The notes under the pieces: model-generated
Seen by the model: the letters and a program-made list of their open reading frames with translations, nothing else
Told to the model about the DNA's origin: nothing
Database searches by the model: none
Translations under genes and position numbers: made by a program
From: a virus
Lineage: Duplodnaviria > Caudoviricetes
Strand: one strand, 5' to 3'
DNA: 24,780 nt
IMG/VR virus record: IMGVR_UViG_3300023100_000008
Location: 1-24,780 of that record
In this document: positions 24,325-24,780 of the stretch, one piece after another
Position numbering within the stretch: position 1 is the stretch's first letter
Layout: each line of letters begins with the position of its first letter

Positions 24325-24403
24325 AATCTCGCAAAGGCGCCAAGACACAAAAATAAAAGCTTATAAGAAATAAAACTTTGTGGCTCTGCGCCTTTGCGAG
24401 ATT
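24325..24403. repeat. Host intergenic inverted-repeat element
   Basis: AATCTCGCAAAGGCGC (24325-24340) / GCGCCTTTGCGAGATT (24388-24403). Confidence 0.75.
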
Positions 24404-24444
24404 TAAAAAAAAACAAACCCCCAAATGAATAACTTAATCAAATT

Positions 24445-24780
24445 ATGAAGAAAACTCTACTTATTCTAGGACTTTTATTGTGCATAATAACGACGTCAAA
24501 AGCTCAGGTTGTGGGAACCGATGTTGGTGATATTGCTCCTGAAATTGATCTTCCGGATACAAAAGGAAATAATGTGGCACTTTCCTCTTTAAGAGGAGAT
24601 TTAGTCTTAGTAGACTTTTGGGCATCATGGTGCGGACCTTGTATAAAAGAACATCCGCAATTAATAAAATTAAACAGTACCTACGCAGGCAAGTTTTCTA
24701 TTTACAGCGTTTCTATGGATACTAAAAAGCCGCTTTGGCTGGGCGCTATCGCAAGGCAAAAATTGACATGGACACAAGTA
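24445..24780 (+). CDS. TlpA/ResA-family thiol-disulfide oxidoreductase (partial), host gene
   Basis: Not in ORF track. Signal peptide MKKTLLILGLLLCIITTSKAQ, then APEIDLPD and VLVDFWASWCGPC; open to the window end. Confidence 0.92.
   Translation, partial: MKKTLLILGLLLCIITTSKAQVVGTDVGDIAPEIDLPDTKGNNVALSSLRGDLVLVDFWASWCGPCIKEHPQLIKLNSTYAGKFSIYSVSMDTKKPLWLGAIARQKLTWTQV

Noticed and set aside
24198-24416. 73-aa N-terminal extension of ArsR in the ORF track
   Set aside because: Runs through an intergenic inverted repeat; the ArsR domain and a -7 box point to ATG 24197.

Overview
About 22.2 kb (1 to ~22200) is the repressor-proximal part of a Mu-like transposable prophage in an AT-rich Bacteroidota host, most likely Flavobacterium (judged from TAnnTTTG promoters, REP types and flanking genes). 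It is followed by ~2.6 kb of host DNA: a REP array, an old yellow enzyme gene, an ArsR regulator and a partial TlpA gene. From the right, the prophage carries a candidate end, an S24 repressor, a cro/ner-like gene, a MuA-type DDE transposase, a MuB-type ATPase, a second ATPase, DUF3164 and many small early genes. Then come a plus-strand head module (TerS, TerL, gp36-like, portal, MuF, gpG-like, gp37-like) and a divergent minus-strand operon (prohead protease, capsid, holin/CHAP endolysin/u-spanin-like lysis cassette, Ala/Lys/Glu-repeat protein) that runs off the left edge. The most notable signal is at the end of the portal gene: a T TTT TTC slippery heptamer followed by a 12-bp hairpin, with the MuF ORF, which has no good start of its own, in the -1 frame. 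This predicts a programmed -1 frameshift giving a ~934-aa portal-MuF-HExxH metallopeptidase (toxin-like) fusion. A small convergent gene with its own host-consensus promoter follows and is a candidate immunity gene. MuB has an in-frame TAA at codon 8, so the prophage may be grounded. All family assignments come from motif recognition by eye; no searches were run.
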